From Carcharhinus longimanus (taxonomy: Eukaryota), in the NCBI GenBank assembly GCA_030264375.1, contig JASCQW010000027.1:47081579-47145578 (forward strand): a stretch of DNA of 64,000 bases. The letters are read 5' to 3'. Shown here in pieces: positions 49,270-62,990 of the stretch. A model generated the notes under the pieces. The model had not been told where the DNA came from. It was given only the letters and a program-made list of their open reading frames with translations, and ran no database searches. How positions within the stretch are numbered: the stretch's first letter is position 1; the number at the start of each line of letters is the position of its first letter. Made by a program: the position numbers and the translations under genes.

Positions 49270-49560
49270 TAGACAATTTTAATCCCTCGGTTGTAGGGGA
49301 TCTTCATCACTAGAACTTTGCAGTCGGCCAACGATGGAAATGTGGGCATGAGAGCAAAATGGGGGAATTGAAACGGCTGGTGAAGAAAAGTCAGGATCAT
49401 GCTTGGGGACTGAGCAGAGCGGGTCAGCCAAGTGGTCACCCAGTCTGTGTTTAGTTTCCCCAGTGTAGAGGAGGCCGCATTGAGAGCAGCAAATATCATA
49501 GACCAAATTGGAGGAGGCGCAAGTGAAACCCAGTGAAGTGAGAGGAACACCATATTGTCT
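49270..49560 (-). mobile_element. Penelope-like element GIY-YIG endonuclease fragment
   Basis: VYDICCSQCGLLYTGETKHRLGDHLA; an opposite-orientation 3' fragment follows (about 49545-49700 and 50125-50365). Confidence 0.85.
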
Positions 49561-49704
49561 TCCAATTAGGCACTTTACAGCCTTTGAGACTTCAGTTTTA
49601 ACAACTTCAGACCATGAACTCTCTGCTCCATTTTGAGCTTTTTTCCCCCAACCATTCCCGCCACAGTACCAGCTTGTAACTTGTTCTTATGTTCTGCTTT
49701 CAAG

Positions 49705-50122
49705 GAGTACTGACTGTCTTCATTAATCAAGGGATTGAGTTTAGGAGTCGGGAGGTAATGCTGAAACTTTATAAGACCCTTCTCAGACCCCACTTGGAGT
49801 AGTGTGCGCAGTTCTGGTCGCCTCACTACAGGAAGGATGTGGAAGCTATTGAGAGGGTGCAGAGGAGATTTACAAGGNNNNNNNNNNNNNNNNNNNNNNN
49901 NNNNNNNNNNNNNNNNNNNNNNNNNNNNNNNNNNNNNNNNNNNNNNNNNNNNNNNNNNNNNNNNNNNNNNNNNNNNNCTTTTAAAAGACTTCTGGATGAG
50001 TACATGGGATTTAATGGGATTGGGAGTTACAGATAGCTCTATGGCTTGGTAGGTGTGGATATGATCGGCGCAACTTGTGGGCCAAAGGACCTGTTTTTGC
50101 TATAATGTTTTCTGTTCTATGT
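49705..50122 (+). mobile_element. CR1 3' end inserted into the Penelope remnant (gapped)
   Basis: KTLLRPHLE-CAQFWSPHYRKDVEAIERVQRRFTR; CR1 tail. Confidence 0.88.
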
Positions 50123-51545
50123 ATGTTGTTCTGCTATTAACACACTCTGCTCTCTGACCTTTAGCTCATTATTGGCACCTTCCTTGGTCTTTAACACTAT
50201 CATGAACATCCTTTTTATCCTGTGACCTCTTTGTCAAATCTTTCCCGAGCTCCCACCTGTCCCTCACTGTGTGTTTCACTCCACCTCCTCTACGATATAA
50301 AATCGGTCACACTTCTATGTCTCTTCAGCTGTAAGGAAGAGATGTGTAGATTTGAAACGTTGATGGAAATTAATGTTTCTCGGGCAGGCGGGCACCTGAC
50401 CCGAAATTGTGTTAAATCACGCGAGAAGGCATCAGGCACATGTATCAGCATCATCGCACCCTGGTGCAAGGTTTCAGTCAGTGGGCATGCACGCAAGTTG
50501 GAAGTGCACCATCCAACAATCAATAAGCCAATTTAAATTAATTAAACAACAGTTGACTGGCATTTCACATTGCCTGTCTGCTTTTACAGTTGGCGGGTGG
50601 TTGGGTCGATTGGCAATGAGGCCTTTATATTTGAGCTGCTACCTCGATTCAGGGTAGGACAAAAGTCAGACTTCAAATCAAATTAACAAATGTATCTGGG
50701 GATTGAGATCTGTGTAGGATTGCGCTGTTTAGATGGTTGCGGCAAGGATGTTCTGCTGATATTTATATGTTACAGGGCAGTGGAGACAGCTCAGCGCTGT
50801 CCCCCCTTGGGGAGAATGTTGGAAGGGCCCACCTACAGGCTCCCTTTCCTCAGCACCTGTCCTCCCCAGCAGAGCTCAACTTTTCACCCAGCATTTTATG
50901 CTGGATAACCATTGATTGTCCAACCAGCTTAATAGCCCATTAACAACACAGTCTCGGGCGAAAGCAGGTTTCACAGATGCTCTCGCCTGCCTATGCCAAC
51001 CTGGAACATGCCCTGAGTGTCAAGTTCAGGCATCTCTTTCACTCTCCACAGCTGCTACCAGACCTGCTGAGTTTTCCCGACATTTTTATTTTTAATTCCA
51101 GATTCCAACGTCCCAAAATTTTTTTGGCTGCTGATGAACTGTTTTATTTATCAGTAGTTAATAATTAGGGTAGAAATGCAGGATCCTCTGGTAAAGTATA
51201 ATTCTTTTTGTTTGATAGAGTAACAAAACTAGTCAAGCAAAACATCTTCATTGGTGGGTCTGCATGAATTGGACATAATATTGTAATAGTTTCATTGGAT
51301 TTATTTATCCTGTCTTGCGTCAGAATTGGCATGTATTGTTAACCAGTGTTCTGTGTTGTTCCAAGCTGAGGGCTTGGTTCCCTTTGTGGAAGTGACAAAG
51401 ACCAAAGGACATAAGCTCAGAGTAAGGGTCACTCAATTAAGACAGAGAAGAGGAGGAATTTCTTCTCTGAGAGTGAAAAGTCACAATTCATGGGCCAGTT
51501 GTGAAATGGAGCAACACTAGTGAGTGACACACTGACAACTTGAGC

Positions 51546-51693
51546 TGGTTATCTGTGTACCAGATGGGTGTTATCACAGTGGCTGCCTGTGTGTCAGATG
51601 GGTGTCATCACCGTGGTTTTCTCTGCTGGATGAATGTCATCACTGTGGTTATCTGTGTTGGATAGTGTCATTGCCTTGGCTATCTGCATGCCA
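51546..51693. repeat. Degenerate minisatellite, 31-34 bp units
   Basis: About 4.5 copies of tggttatctgtg..gatgggtgtcatcac.g. Confidence 0.8.
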
Positions 51694-53305
51694 GCTTTAT
51701 AAGTGTGATTAATGAGTGGCCATGACCTGGGAGTCTATTGAAGCATAAAGAGTGCAAGAACATGACAACAGTGTGAGGCACCAGGTGGCTTGATGTGTCA
51801 GGACTTGGCATATTTATTTTATGCGATCAGTAAGCTGCTAGAACTAAAGGTGTTGTGATTAAAGGATGTGGATAGAGCACAGACATGAAACTGCCCTTCT
51901 GATCACAATTGCTGCAGAGTGCAGACACTGATAGGTTATTAGTACAAGTGCCAATGCTGTGAGGCAGTCAAATGTGAAATGGAGGCAGCCAGGTTTCATA
52001 GTCGAGGCTTTACCATAGTTTAAAAATCTATTGGCCATCTCATACTGGTGGAAAAATTCACTCCCCTCATGACATATGTCCGAGACAAATTCATTGTACT
52101 AGCAAACCTGTCTCCTTATCTGCTTTATCTCCCAGTAATGTAATTGGAGGTGGGCCTTTATATTGGGGTTGCAATGCAATTTGCCTGCTTCCGTGTCTGG
52201 GCAAGAATCTGACTTCATAGGGCCTACTGTGTGGGCAGGACTGTCTCCCTCATGAACCTGCCTCCCCAGCATGAATATAGGATGGGAGGGCAACCCCACA
52301 ATGGAGATGGGATCACGGGGTCAGGAAAATTCCCAACTCCCAATTGCTTCAAACTCCAGCCCAACAAATCTCTTCCTGCATTATAGATCACACCCCTCCC
52401 CACCCTTACTCGATCTCTTCTCTATTATCCCTCCCCAGCTTCACAACAGCCATCATGTTCCATGGAGTTATTGATCATCCCTGTCTGTATTCATCCTCAA
52501 ATATTCAATTCCTTCCTGAACTGGCCTATTAAATGTCATCTGTGTTGCACAGTGGGGGAGGTGTGGGGGCACTCACAGTGCTGAAATATACATCAAATAT
52601 CATCAATTCGAGTATGTTTAATTTGGGTCTGATGAGGCTACCCATTACTATCAAGTGACCAAATATTTTGGAAGTGAAAAACAATTAATTATAATGTGGC
52701 ATAAATTAATATTATTAACGTGCAAGTTTCTCCTAAATTTCTGGGGAAATGTTTAAGAAATTAAAAGCTAATTGACTATTATTCCTCCTGTTTGATTTCT
52801 CTAAAGGTTTCAGTGTTGTTGGAGTTATCACTCGGTGTTTTTCAATTAGAGCAGAAAGCGATTATTCCTGTTGTGATTCTAGTCGAACACAAATCATTGA
52901 AGGGTGACAGGAACAAGTTACGAAGACTGCTGAGAAAGTGTGTGGGATCCGTGTGGCTTTATACATAGAGGTACCAAGTATAAAAGCAAAAAGATTAGAG
53001 AAACAGTTGATAAACCATTATAGCTAAGCCTCAGTTTCAGTCCAGTCTGAGCACTGCATTGTTTCGAAAGGTTGTGATAGCCTTGGAGAGGATGCAAAGG
53101 AGACTGATATGAAGGAGGGATGCTTTGCTCCTCTGCATGTGAAATGTTGCAGAGCCATGACCCATACCAGTAGGTGGGTGACCATGGAGGGGAGAGGGCC
53201 CTGCTGCACCTACCTTGGCTGTGAGCGTGGACTTCTTGCATGGAATCCTCTATTAGTGGCACAGAGCCTTCTGTTTTAAAGCCCTTCCCTCCCCAGCCTA
53301 CTTCA

Positions 53306-53612
53306 GTGGCACGGTGGCACAGTGTTTAGCACTGTTGCCTCACAGCGCCAGAGACCCAGGTTCAATTCTGGTTTCGGGTGACTGTCTGTGTGAAGTTTGC
53401 GCATTGTCCCCATGTCTGCATGTGTTTCCTCCGGGTGCTCCAGTTTCGTCCCACACTCCAAAGATGTGCAAGATAGGTTGATTAGCCATGCTAAATTGCC
53501 CCTTAGTTAGGGAGATTGGCAGGGTAAATATATAGGGTTACGAGGATAGAGCCTGGGTGGAATTGTTGTTGGTGCAGACTTGATGGGCTGAATGGCCTCC
53601 TTCTGCACTGTG
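53306..53612 (+). mobile_element. HE1-like SINE with CR1-type tail
   Basis: Colinear with 7036-7352. Confidence 0.88.
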
Positions 53613-56279
53613 GGGGACCGCTGCAGGGTGAGGGATGGGGCACTCCAGTAGGCTGGTAGACCCCTTTTTGACAGGGGGTGGGGATACTACTCCATTCCTG
53701 ACAAACCACAAAAGGCTACTTAGGTTTGTAAAGCAGCCGTACACCTCTGTGATATGTGCAACTGATCCATTTCCAAGGCTTCTTTAAGCCTGCTATTTTT
53801 GTCAGAAAAGTCCAGCCTGATGATTCTGTTTTGGAACTGGGCTGAAATTAAGATGCAACAGAGAAGGTAAAGAACTACATTAAAGTAGTTAACAAGTTTT
53901 GGAACAGTGATATTTTTTGAATTGTGTGGAGGAAAAAAAGAATCAGAAGCATATTTAGTCCTTGTACCTTGTTCTGCGAGGCATAAAATGTTTCCCAGTG
54001 AAAATGACCCCAAAGTACAGATTAGCTGGTGTTTATGTACAACTGCTGACAGGAATAGTTAAATAAACCCGACTCTTTACATCAGCACTGTTCCCAACAA
54101 GAACTTGTGTCCATTGCACTGGCTGCCTGATTGGGACAAAAACCACTGTGTTGATTTCTTCACATAGGACACCTCAGTTGAGTGTGACGGGAAAAGAGTT
54201 TTGTTCCATGGTACAGTGGGTGAGGTCCTCTTTGAACAAGTGCTGAGATGAGGGAATGGTTTGCCAGGATTTCTACTCGTGATCACAAACAAGTGATAAT
54301 AGAAGAATATAACACTGGACCGGTTTTTGGATCTGACTTCAGTGTAATTATCCCTAAAATTACATGGTCTGTCAACATTGGCTTATGGAGAGCTGCCATT
54401 CAAGCAAAGTAAGCAGAGAGCTGCCAATAAATATACCTGTATGGCCCTCAACATTAACAACGAGAGGAAGGGAAGTGGAAGTTAATTCGGAAAATCAAAT
54501 TCAGGTAATAAAGTTGTGTATCTCTTGATTGGTGTTGGAACAAAAATAATTTAGGAAAATTATGAACACAAGTTAGCACAACGTTTATAATGCTGTGGCA
54601 AGTCTAGTTAATGAAAGTTGTTCCTCCCCCCACCTCCCCCCCGCAAAAGAAACAAATAACATCAGGTGTCTGAAGTGTAAGCTATTGTTTATAATTGATC
54701 AGAAGTGTGCCTTTTTCAATAAGAAGGCCGCAGACAATCGATTGGTAATTATAAAAGCTTGTTTGTCAATTTGTCTGTTTGTGTTGGATGGCAGCTTTCT
54801 CTCTTTAACAACATTGAAAGTGTGGCTGCCAAAATATACCCACTTAGGGGGCTCACACTGTGGAGTAGGCAAACTGCCCACTATTTCATTGAAATCACTG
54901 GATTGAATTCAGTCCCGATAGTAATGTGCAGTGGCAGTTGAAGTTTCTGAGCGGGGGGAAACCACTCTTTCTGAATGCGTCTAGCCTCAGAGGTTCCCAG
55001 CAGTTTTGAAGGTTGCCCTGATGGGTAGCAAATCACATTATGCTGTATTCATATATCTCAGCTGTGACTCTACAACATTGTTTATGGAATTTAATAACTC
55101 AAATGCAATAACACTGTGTGAGCGTTAATGCAGAGTCCCAATTGACTTGACCAGAAGATAAATGGAGAGGAGAAATAGTGGCACATTTCTACAGGTTGTT
55201 TTTAATAAGCATGTTATTTAGTTTATCAGCCTGCTGCTATAATATGTTCCAACCTACTCTTCCAGACAGATTTGTTAATGTCTCCTTTTCCACAGCAACA
55301 TTGATTCCCTGCAGACATATCGGTATTAAAACTCTGGAAACTTGCAACTTCAGAATTAGATTAAGTAGCAGAAACACTACTCTTGAAATAGGAGAAAATT
55401 GAGTGTGTTATTGAATTCATGCCACTTTGTCTCAAAATGAGATATAGTATTATATAGTGGCACCGTTTCCTTATAACAGGCGGCCAAAAGTAGCTCATGG
55501 TTGTTTTTGAATTTGATTGGTGAACAATCACACACGAGAGGGCGTTGGAGTTAGTCCTGTTCCAATTGTTATTTTGTTAAGATAATCTAATGGTGAGGTT
55601 TTGTTGCTTTTGTATATTTGGCTTTTAGCTTCAGTAGAGAGGAATGTCAATGTCACTCACCTTCAGTGATGTGCTAATCAGTGAAAAGTGTTGAATCTTA
55701 TTTCAAAAGTTGAATATCATTAAGTTTTGACTTTTCGAAACGTATATTTGTAATGTAACTCAGAGAAATTACGTTTTTTTTTCCCCCTCCCCAGAATGTT
55801 TTTATACATATGAACACGGAAGCTGTTTGCTTTTATTATTGCTACGCAGGCTAATGCGAGTCAAGCATGTTGAGGAAATGATGTAGTTTAATTGATATTG
55901 AAGTACACCTTTGTATGTTTTAATTCTCTTTAGTACAGCAGCAACATTTCTATAGACAATTTACAAACATGATGTTTCCAGGTGTTCCTTATTGGTGTTT
56001 TGGGAAAGATTATTTTCCTCACAATGAGATGCAGTAAAGTGCACAAATGGAATAAATGAGGGTTTTGTAAAGCAAATGATGCCATTGCATTTCAGATGTG
56101 CCCAGACAACATCTCTCCCAGCACTCTTGTGGAAGTGATGATGCCACTTTCCAAGTTTTAATTTATTTTTATTGAAACTGTGTTAAGATGTTAGCTGTTC
56201 TGTGGGCTTGGCAGGTCTGGGAGATCAGGATTCCTTTCCCCACATAGATTTTCCATTTTTGCCAAAGTTCGGGAAAACA

Positions 56280-56603
56280 CGGCAGCAAGGTGGCACAATA
56301 GTTAGTACTGCTGCCTTGCAGCACCAGAGACCTGGGTTCGATTCCAGCCTTGGGTGACTGCCTGTGTAGAGTTTGCACGTTCTCCCCATGTCTGAGTGGG
56401 TTTCCTCCCACAGTCCAAAGATGTGCAGGTTAGGTGGATTGGCCGTGCTAAATTGTCCCTTTGTGCCCCAAGATGTGTAGGTTAGGGAGATTAGCAGGGG
56501 AAAAATACGTGGGTTACGGGGATGGAGCTTGGATAAAAAGGTGGGTTGAAGCAGACTCGATGGGCTGAATGGCCTCCTTCTGCACTGCAGGGATTCTATG
56601 ATT
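56280..56603 (+). mobile_element. HE1-like SINE with CR1-type tail
   Basis: Colinear with 7036-7352; ends gattctatgatt. Confidence 0.88.
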
Positions 56604-56767
56604 CAGTGGTCTGGCTGCATTCTGTATGAACTCGCAGCTGCATCAATTCTCTGCCAATGCAGTGGTGAAACAACAGTTCACGAGGGTCGCGGAGTTAACA
56701 AAGTCTGGTTCTCAATTGAATAAATGCCACATTGAGAAGCTCTTTTTCTGCACTCTCACCTGGCTTG

Positions 56768-56977
56768 GGTGGGATTTTCTGACCGTTGCCGCTGGTGGGA
56801 TCGTCCAGTCCCGCTGACAGCGGACTCCCCAGGTTTCTGGGTGACAACTGTTGTGAACAATGGGGCTTCCCATTGACAGTGACAGGACTGGAAGATTCCA
56901 CCGCTGGCTAATGGCAGTCCACCTCTGTCACCGCCAAACATGCCACGTGGCGGAGGGGGAGAGCAGAAAATCCCGCC
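56768..56977. mobile_element. MITE with TIRs (PIF/Harbinger-like)
   Basis: ggtgggattttct ... agaaaatcccgcc; flanks ttg/tag. Confidence 0.7.
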
Positions 56978-57671
56978 TAGTATCACCCTCTGTACTGAGA
57001 ACTGTTTCCTTGGTTTGCTTCTATTATCTGGTTCCATTGAATGGACCTGTGCATAGCAAGGTGCAATGATCAATTTCAACTCTAAGTGCGACACAGCCGG
57101 AATATCATACAGGACACAGATATTTCATTGAAACAACCCCTCTGCGGCATTTCTTCATTTTTGACTATTTCCATCTAATGTACTGGGCTTGTTAAACATT
57201 GTCTTCTGGCATAACTTTCAGGAGGCATCACAACAGTTAGTGATTATGGAAATGCCACGGCACTGCCAGTTGTACGCAGGCCAAGAATTGGGCTATTACT
57301 TCTGCCCCTTTGCCAGTAAAACATCCATGCATTATAATTGGGACAGTTTTCTCTGAAATATGTATTGGCTGTCACAGTGGATCATGTACTGCTGTTTACC
57401 ATGAAAGCAATGTATGAGAACACAATGCAATCAAAGAACAATCTCAAAGAAAACAAAATATCAGCAGGTGGGTGAAACAAATGTATGAGTGGTCCTGGAG
57501 TACAGATTAGTATGAAACAAACCTCAGAGCTGCATAAAATAGAAGTCATATTATGTATTTAAATATATCCTTAAATGTGGACGGTTTTATTTAATCCAAG
57601 CATTTAGAAAACAGCATACTGCTTATTCAATGCAATGTTGTGTTTAAAAAAATTATCTGGCAGTTCATATT

Positions 57672-58004
57672 GGGAGATAGTGGTGTAATGGCTTTGTCAC
57701 CGGACTAGTAATTTAGAGACCAAAGGTAATGCTGTGGGGACCCGGGTTTGAAATGGTGAATGGTGAAATTTGAATTCAGTAAAATTCTGAAATCAAATGT
57801 CTAATGATGATCATTAAACCGTTGTCGATTGTTGTAAAAACCCATCACCAATGTTTGAAATCTGCCATCCCTGCCTAGTCTGGCCTACATGTGACTCCAG
57901 ATCCACTCTTAAAATGTCCTCTGAAGTAGCCTAACAAGGACAATTAAAGATGGGCAATAAATGTTGCTTCAGCCAGTTATGCCCACATCCCCTGAATGAA
58001 TAAA
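57672..58004 (+). mobile_element. SINE family B
   Basis: Head gggagatagtggtgtaatgg; tail gaatgaataaa. Confidence 0.8.
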
Positions 58005-58030
58005 GCAAACCAACTCCAAATCCACACAGC

Positions 58031-58811
58031 GGACCCAATATTACCATCAAGTTGCACCTGTTTTCGGACATGAAAACTTGGTGAAATTGGGCATGGGGCG
58101 AGTAGCGCAATCCGTGCCCACTTGTGCGCCTGTTCCTCCTTTACCAATGGCTGAAAATGGACGCCATGGGGACTGCACCCAAAATGGGCGTATGTCAATT
58201 TAAATGTATTTGCATGTATTTAAATTGACTTAATGGGCTGCACGCCCAAACTTACCAGCACTTCTCCCTTTTACCACCGCATTCGCCCGTCCAGGTTCGG
58301 CACAAAATGGACATGGTCCACAAAGGTCCAATTTGCAGGGGGGTACAGGAGGCAGGTCAGATGGCTGTCTGGTGGGGAGAGGTGCAGGGGCAGGGGGGTT
58401 CCGCTGCCACTCTACTTGTGATCAGTTGGGAGGGCAAAGGGGCAGGGGGCTGCGATCGGTCTGGGTGGCAGGATGGAGGGATAAGGGGGTCAGTTATGTG
58501 ATGGAGTGGGACAGTGTCTTTGAGGGCCGGGGGAGGTATTATCTGGCCCGGGAGCGATGTGACAGAGAAGCATTTTTCTCATTTTTTTTCACTGCACATG
58601 CGCAGTTGAAGGCTCCGATCAGAGCTGCTGCAGAGTTTCGGGCACGTTAAGCACCACCCACAGGCTTCTGCAGCGCGATTCAGAATCCCTGATATTTTGT
58701 CAGGCAGAGTGCGGATGGGGGCATCTGAGAACGGGTCTAAAAGTCGGATCCAAAACACACCCAGTTTCAAGTCCGCCCAGCACTTAGAATCAAAATGGTA
58801 AAATAGGGCCC
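58031..58811. mobile_element. Non-autonomous TIR DNA element, about 780 bp
   Basis: ggacccaatattaccat ... atggtaaaatagggccc imperfect 17-bp TIRs; related fragments at about 15415-15655 and 63860-64000. Confidence 0.72.
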
Positions 58812-59019
58812 TAGACTATAGGGCTTAGAAATTTAACTCCTTGATTGCATTGCAGTCTTATTATTACCCATGGTATATTAGCAAAAACAAAACCTTAAAG
58901 GTTAAAGAATTATGCAAATGGTTATTATTTGGTGTCCCTTTCTCAATAAGGAATAGGGATCTTGATTGGTGCATGAGCTGAATGTGCTCTATGGTGTAAC
59001 TGGGGGTTAGGGAGAGAAA

Positions 59020-59368
59020 TGGGAGTGTAGTGGTAATGTCGCCAGGCTAGGCTAATGCTCTGGTTCAAATCCTACCATGGCAATTGATAGAATTTAAGTT
59101 CAATAAATAAATCCAAAATTGAAAAGCTATTCTGAGTAATGGTGGCCATGACACCTATCATCAATTGTTGTAAAAATCAATCTGATGTCCTTTAGGGACT
59201 TCTGCCACTCTCACCTGGTTCTGCCTTGACATGACTCCAGACCTAATGTGGTCAATTCTTAACTGTCTTGTGAAATGGACAAGCTGAGCACTCAGTTCAA
59301 GGGCAATTGGGGTTGGGGAACAAATGCTGGCCTTGCCAGTGATACCCACATCTCATGAAAGAATAAAA
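59020..59368 (+). mobile_element. SINE family B
   Basis: Colinear with the 63490 copy. Confidence 0.75.
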
Positions 59369-60400
59369 GCAATATATTCCACACTGCAACTGAAGGTATT
59401 TATAATACATACAATAGGGCCGTATTGAGATGCAAGACTCCACAACGAAAGAGAGTCACAATGTCTACTCCATGAGCAAATTTATTTCAATTTTTAATGT
59501 TATGTTGTACTTTTTGGAAGTATGACAACTGTCTCTAATTTCAAGATCATCTGTATAAGGTTATAAGGTAAAATCTGTCTTAATTTCTTGTTTAGAGAGC
59601 GAGTGAGCGAGCAAGCATTTAAGCAACTCTCCCGGCAATAATTCATTCAGAATTGAGCATGTAACAGGAAACTCTCAGTCACTTAAACATAGTCCCAAAG
59701 GGGCTTTGTAAATAGGTTTGCTGTGAGGTACAACTTCTAATGTGGTTACATCTTAGTATATATTTTAAAGGGGGTTCATTAGTATATTCGGAATACATGA
59801 CGGCTTAAAATAAAATCTTAATATGGAGACGCCCTGTGAAATCTGCTTGCCAAGTATTCAGCTGACTGAAATTTATACAACTGGTGCCACTGGAAGCTGT
59901 TTTATTTCAATTTGTATTAATTTAACAGCATATTTCAAACAGTATTCAAAGTAACTACTCGAACGTCATCACTTATCCCTTTGAGTTCAATTTTACAATC
60001 TCTGCTATTCTCGTTTGTCCACCACTGAAAGTTTGACGATTACTTTGAGTGTCGTCCTCTAGACTAGTCTCGACTTCCTTTTGTCACTGCTTCTTGCCTT
60101 CACAGCAGGGGCTGCTGCTTCTCCTCAGCTCCTGATTGCAGCTGATAACGCGATTCGAGGAAGGAAATGGAACAATGAACCTTAAAGGAACAGAAAATTT
60201 GCAAGCAAAGCCCTGGTCCGTGAAAAACCAGGGGAAAGCTGACAAGTAGAAATGAGGTAGAATGTTGGGGAAAATAAAATGTGCATTTTTTAAAAAAAAC
60301 ATGGACTCCCCATCAATTATTGAAGGTGTAATTGCAATGCAAACTTAGCACTCCTATGCAGGTTTCAATATCTTTTTTCTCCCCATTCATGTCTCTTCAG

Positions 60401-60591
60401 GAGTATGCACAAGCGCTCAATCCAACTCCTCCAGCAGCCTGGTGTGCCTTCACACAGCCTACCTGTCCCATTAGTTGCCAAAGAGCGCCACCTCGCGATC
60501 GCCAGCGCTCTCTGGAGGAACTTTTTCCCTTTTGTGAAAAGCCAAAGACTGTCGCAGACTCCCTCTTCACAGATAGCCGACATCGCTGCAG
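60401..60591 (+). CDS. MMS22L: MMS22L internal coding exon (phase 2-1)
   Basis: cttcag|G AGT ATG...GCA G|gtcagt; 191 nt; SMHKRSIQLLQ...AKERHLAIASALWRNFFPFVKSQRLSQ...QIADIAA. Confidence 0.95.
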
Positions 60592-61734
60592 GTCAGTGAG
60601 ATTCCACCTTTCAGTTCTGGGCTGCCGCANNNNNNNNNNNNNNNNNNNNNNNNNNNNNNNNNNNNNNNNNNNNNNNNNNNNNNNNNNNNNNNNNNNNNNN
60701 NNNNNNNNNNNNNNNNNNNNNNNNNNNNNNNNNNNNNNNNNNNNNNNNNNNNNNNNNNNNNNNNNNNNNNNNNNNNNNNNNNNNNNNNNNNNNNNNNNNN
60801 NNNNNNNNNNNNNNNNNNNNNNNNNNNNNNNNNNNNNNNNNNNNNNNNNNNNNNNNNNNNNNNNNNNNNNNNNNNNNNNNNNNNNNNNNNNNNNNNNNNN
60901 NNNNNNNNNNNNNNNNNNNNNNNNNNNNNNNNNNNNNNNNNNNNNNNNNNNNNNNNNNNNNNNNNNNNNNNNNNNNNNNNNNNNNNNNNNNNNNNNNNNN
61001 NNNNNNNNNNNNNNNNNNNNNNNNNNNNNNNNNNNNNNNNNNNNNNNNNNNNNNNNNNNNNNNNNNNNNNNNNNNNNNNNNNNNNNNNNNNNNNNNNNNN
61101 NNNNNNNNNNNNNNNNNNNNNNNNNNNNNNNNNNNNNNNNNNNNNNNNNNNNNNNNNNNNNNNNNNNNNNNNNNNNNNNNNNNNNNNNNNNNNNNNNNNN
61201 NNNNNNNNNNNNNNNNNNNNNNNNNNNNNNNNNNNNNNNNNNNNNNNNNNNNNNNNNNNNNNNNNNNNNNNNNNNNNNNNNNNNNNNNNNNNNNNNNNNN
61301 NNNNNNNNNNNNNNNNNNNNNNNNNNNNNNNNNNNNNNNNNNNNNNNNNNNNNNNNNNNNNNNNNNNNNNNNNNNNNNNNNNNNNNNNNNNNNNNNNNNN
61401 NNNNNNNNNNNNNNNNNNNNNNNNNNNNNNNNNNNNNNNNNNNNNNNNNNNNNNNNNNNNNNNNNNNNNNNNNNNNNNNNNNNNNNNNNNNNNNNNNNNN
61501 NNNNNNNNNNNNNNNNNNNNNNNNNNNNNNNNNNNNNNNNNNNNNNNNNNNNNNNNNNNNNNNNNAGGACTGATAAGTTATTGATTATTTTCAGCATGCG
61601 CAAAGTTTCCTTGACAAAATGTTAATCTAGTTAGTCAGGGAATCTGGTTGGCAGCCAGTAAACAGAGTAAGTAGCACCTTCGCCACCCCCCCTCCCACCA
61701 GGGCATAACATTTCACAGTTTAACATACCCCATT

Positions 61735-62025
61735 GGATGGGTGTCACTGGCTGTCCAGCATTTATTGTCCATCCCTTGTTGCCCTTGGAGAGCAGTTGAG
61801 AGTCAACCACATTGCTGTGGCTCTGGAGTNNNNNNNNNNGGCCAGACCAGGTAAGGATAGCAGATTTCCTTCCCTAAAGGACATTAATGAACCATATGCA
61901 TTCTCCAACAATGGTCATAGTCATCGGTAGATTCCCAGATTTTTTTTCTTGAATTCAATTCCATCATCTGCTGGGGCGGGATTCTAACCTGGGCCCCCAG
62001 AACATTAGCTGAGTTTTTGGACTTT
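61735..62025 (-). mobile_element. SINE family B
   Basis: Colinear with the 15150 and 22436 copies. Confidence 0.8.
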
Positions 62026-62612
62026 ATCTCAAGTGTGCGATATCACAGTGCTGAAACTAGGATCTGCGCAAGGAGGCTGTAGAGACTTTTGAGGGGCAAT
62101 AATGTGGAAGTGCACAACCAGTCTTGAATGGTGGGAGGGATTGGAGGGTTGTGTGGGTGGTGATATAGGGGCAACATGGGTCAGTAGGGTCAGGCCTGGT
62201 GTAGTCTGGGAGGCTGGCACAGGATGCGGTTATCATATGTGCAGTACAGAGTGGGCTGGGCTGGCTGTTTTGCCTTGGAGAGGATTGCCCATGCTAAATT
62301 GCCCCTTAGTATCTCGTCAAGTGTTGGTTAAGGATATTAGCCATGGCACCTGTGTGGGATTACTGGGATAAGAAGGAGGAGAGGGCCTGGATAAAATGCT
62401 GTGTCAGAGAGTCAGTGCAGACTCGATGGACCGAATGGTCTCTTCTGCAGTGTCATGATTCCGTGAATTTTAAAGGGCTGGAACTGTGACACAAGCGTTC
62501 GCCAGTATAGGGTCTAAAAGCTGAAACCTAACCATAGTGTGTAAGCAATGTCTCTTAAGTGGATAGATATTAATGAGATTTTTAATAAAACAAAATGCAT
62601 TATGTATTCCAG

Positions 62613-62763
62613 GTTTTACGCTTTTGGCAATGGATATGCCTAGCGCAGCAACATCAGACCTCCAGCCACAGCCTCTCATAACCATGGTGCAGTTATTTGG
62701 CTGGGATGACATGGTGCACCCTCAGCTAGTCTGTAGATACCTCAGCCATCTAATTGAAAACAG
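62613..62763 (+). CDS. MMS22L: MMS22L internal coding exon (phase 1-2)
   Basis: ttccag|GT TTT...AAC AG|gtatga; 151 nt; FTLLAMDMPSAATSDLQPQPLITMVQLFGWDDMVHPQLVCRYLSHLIEN. Confidence 0.96.
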
Positions 62764-62990
62764 GTATGATATTGTGATTTTTGTTTCCCGTGGTTCGGAC
62801 TCCAGGAATGGTTCTGGGCTTGTCAAAATTGCAACCTCCAGCTGCAAGGCAACTCCTTATTTTCACAATCAGAGTCCAAGACAGGATCCAGAGCCTGAAA
62901 CTTCAGATAGCACTGTTTAAATACATAAAGTGGCCAAGGATTTGCTGCAAGATGTTCTGGAAGCTTTAACCACAACTATATTTTGGTTTT

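Larger units (their letters stand above)
19226..60400 (+). other. Very large MMS22L intron (about 41 kb, includes N gaps)
   Basis: gtgagt donor to cttcag acceptor; the protein is colinear across the junction (LARL-R-SMH). Confidence 0.9.

Noticed and set aside
60332-61603. 413-aa and 330-aa ORFs
   Set aside because: They run through a large N gap; the real exon (60401-60591) is in a different frame.
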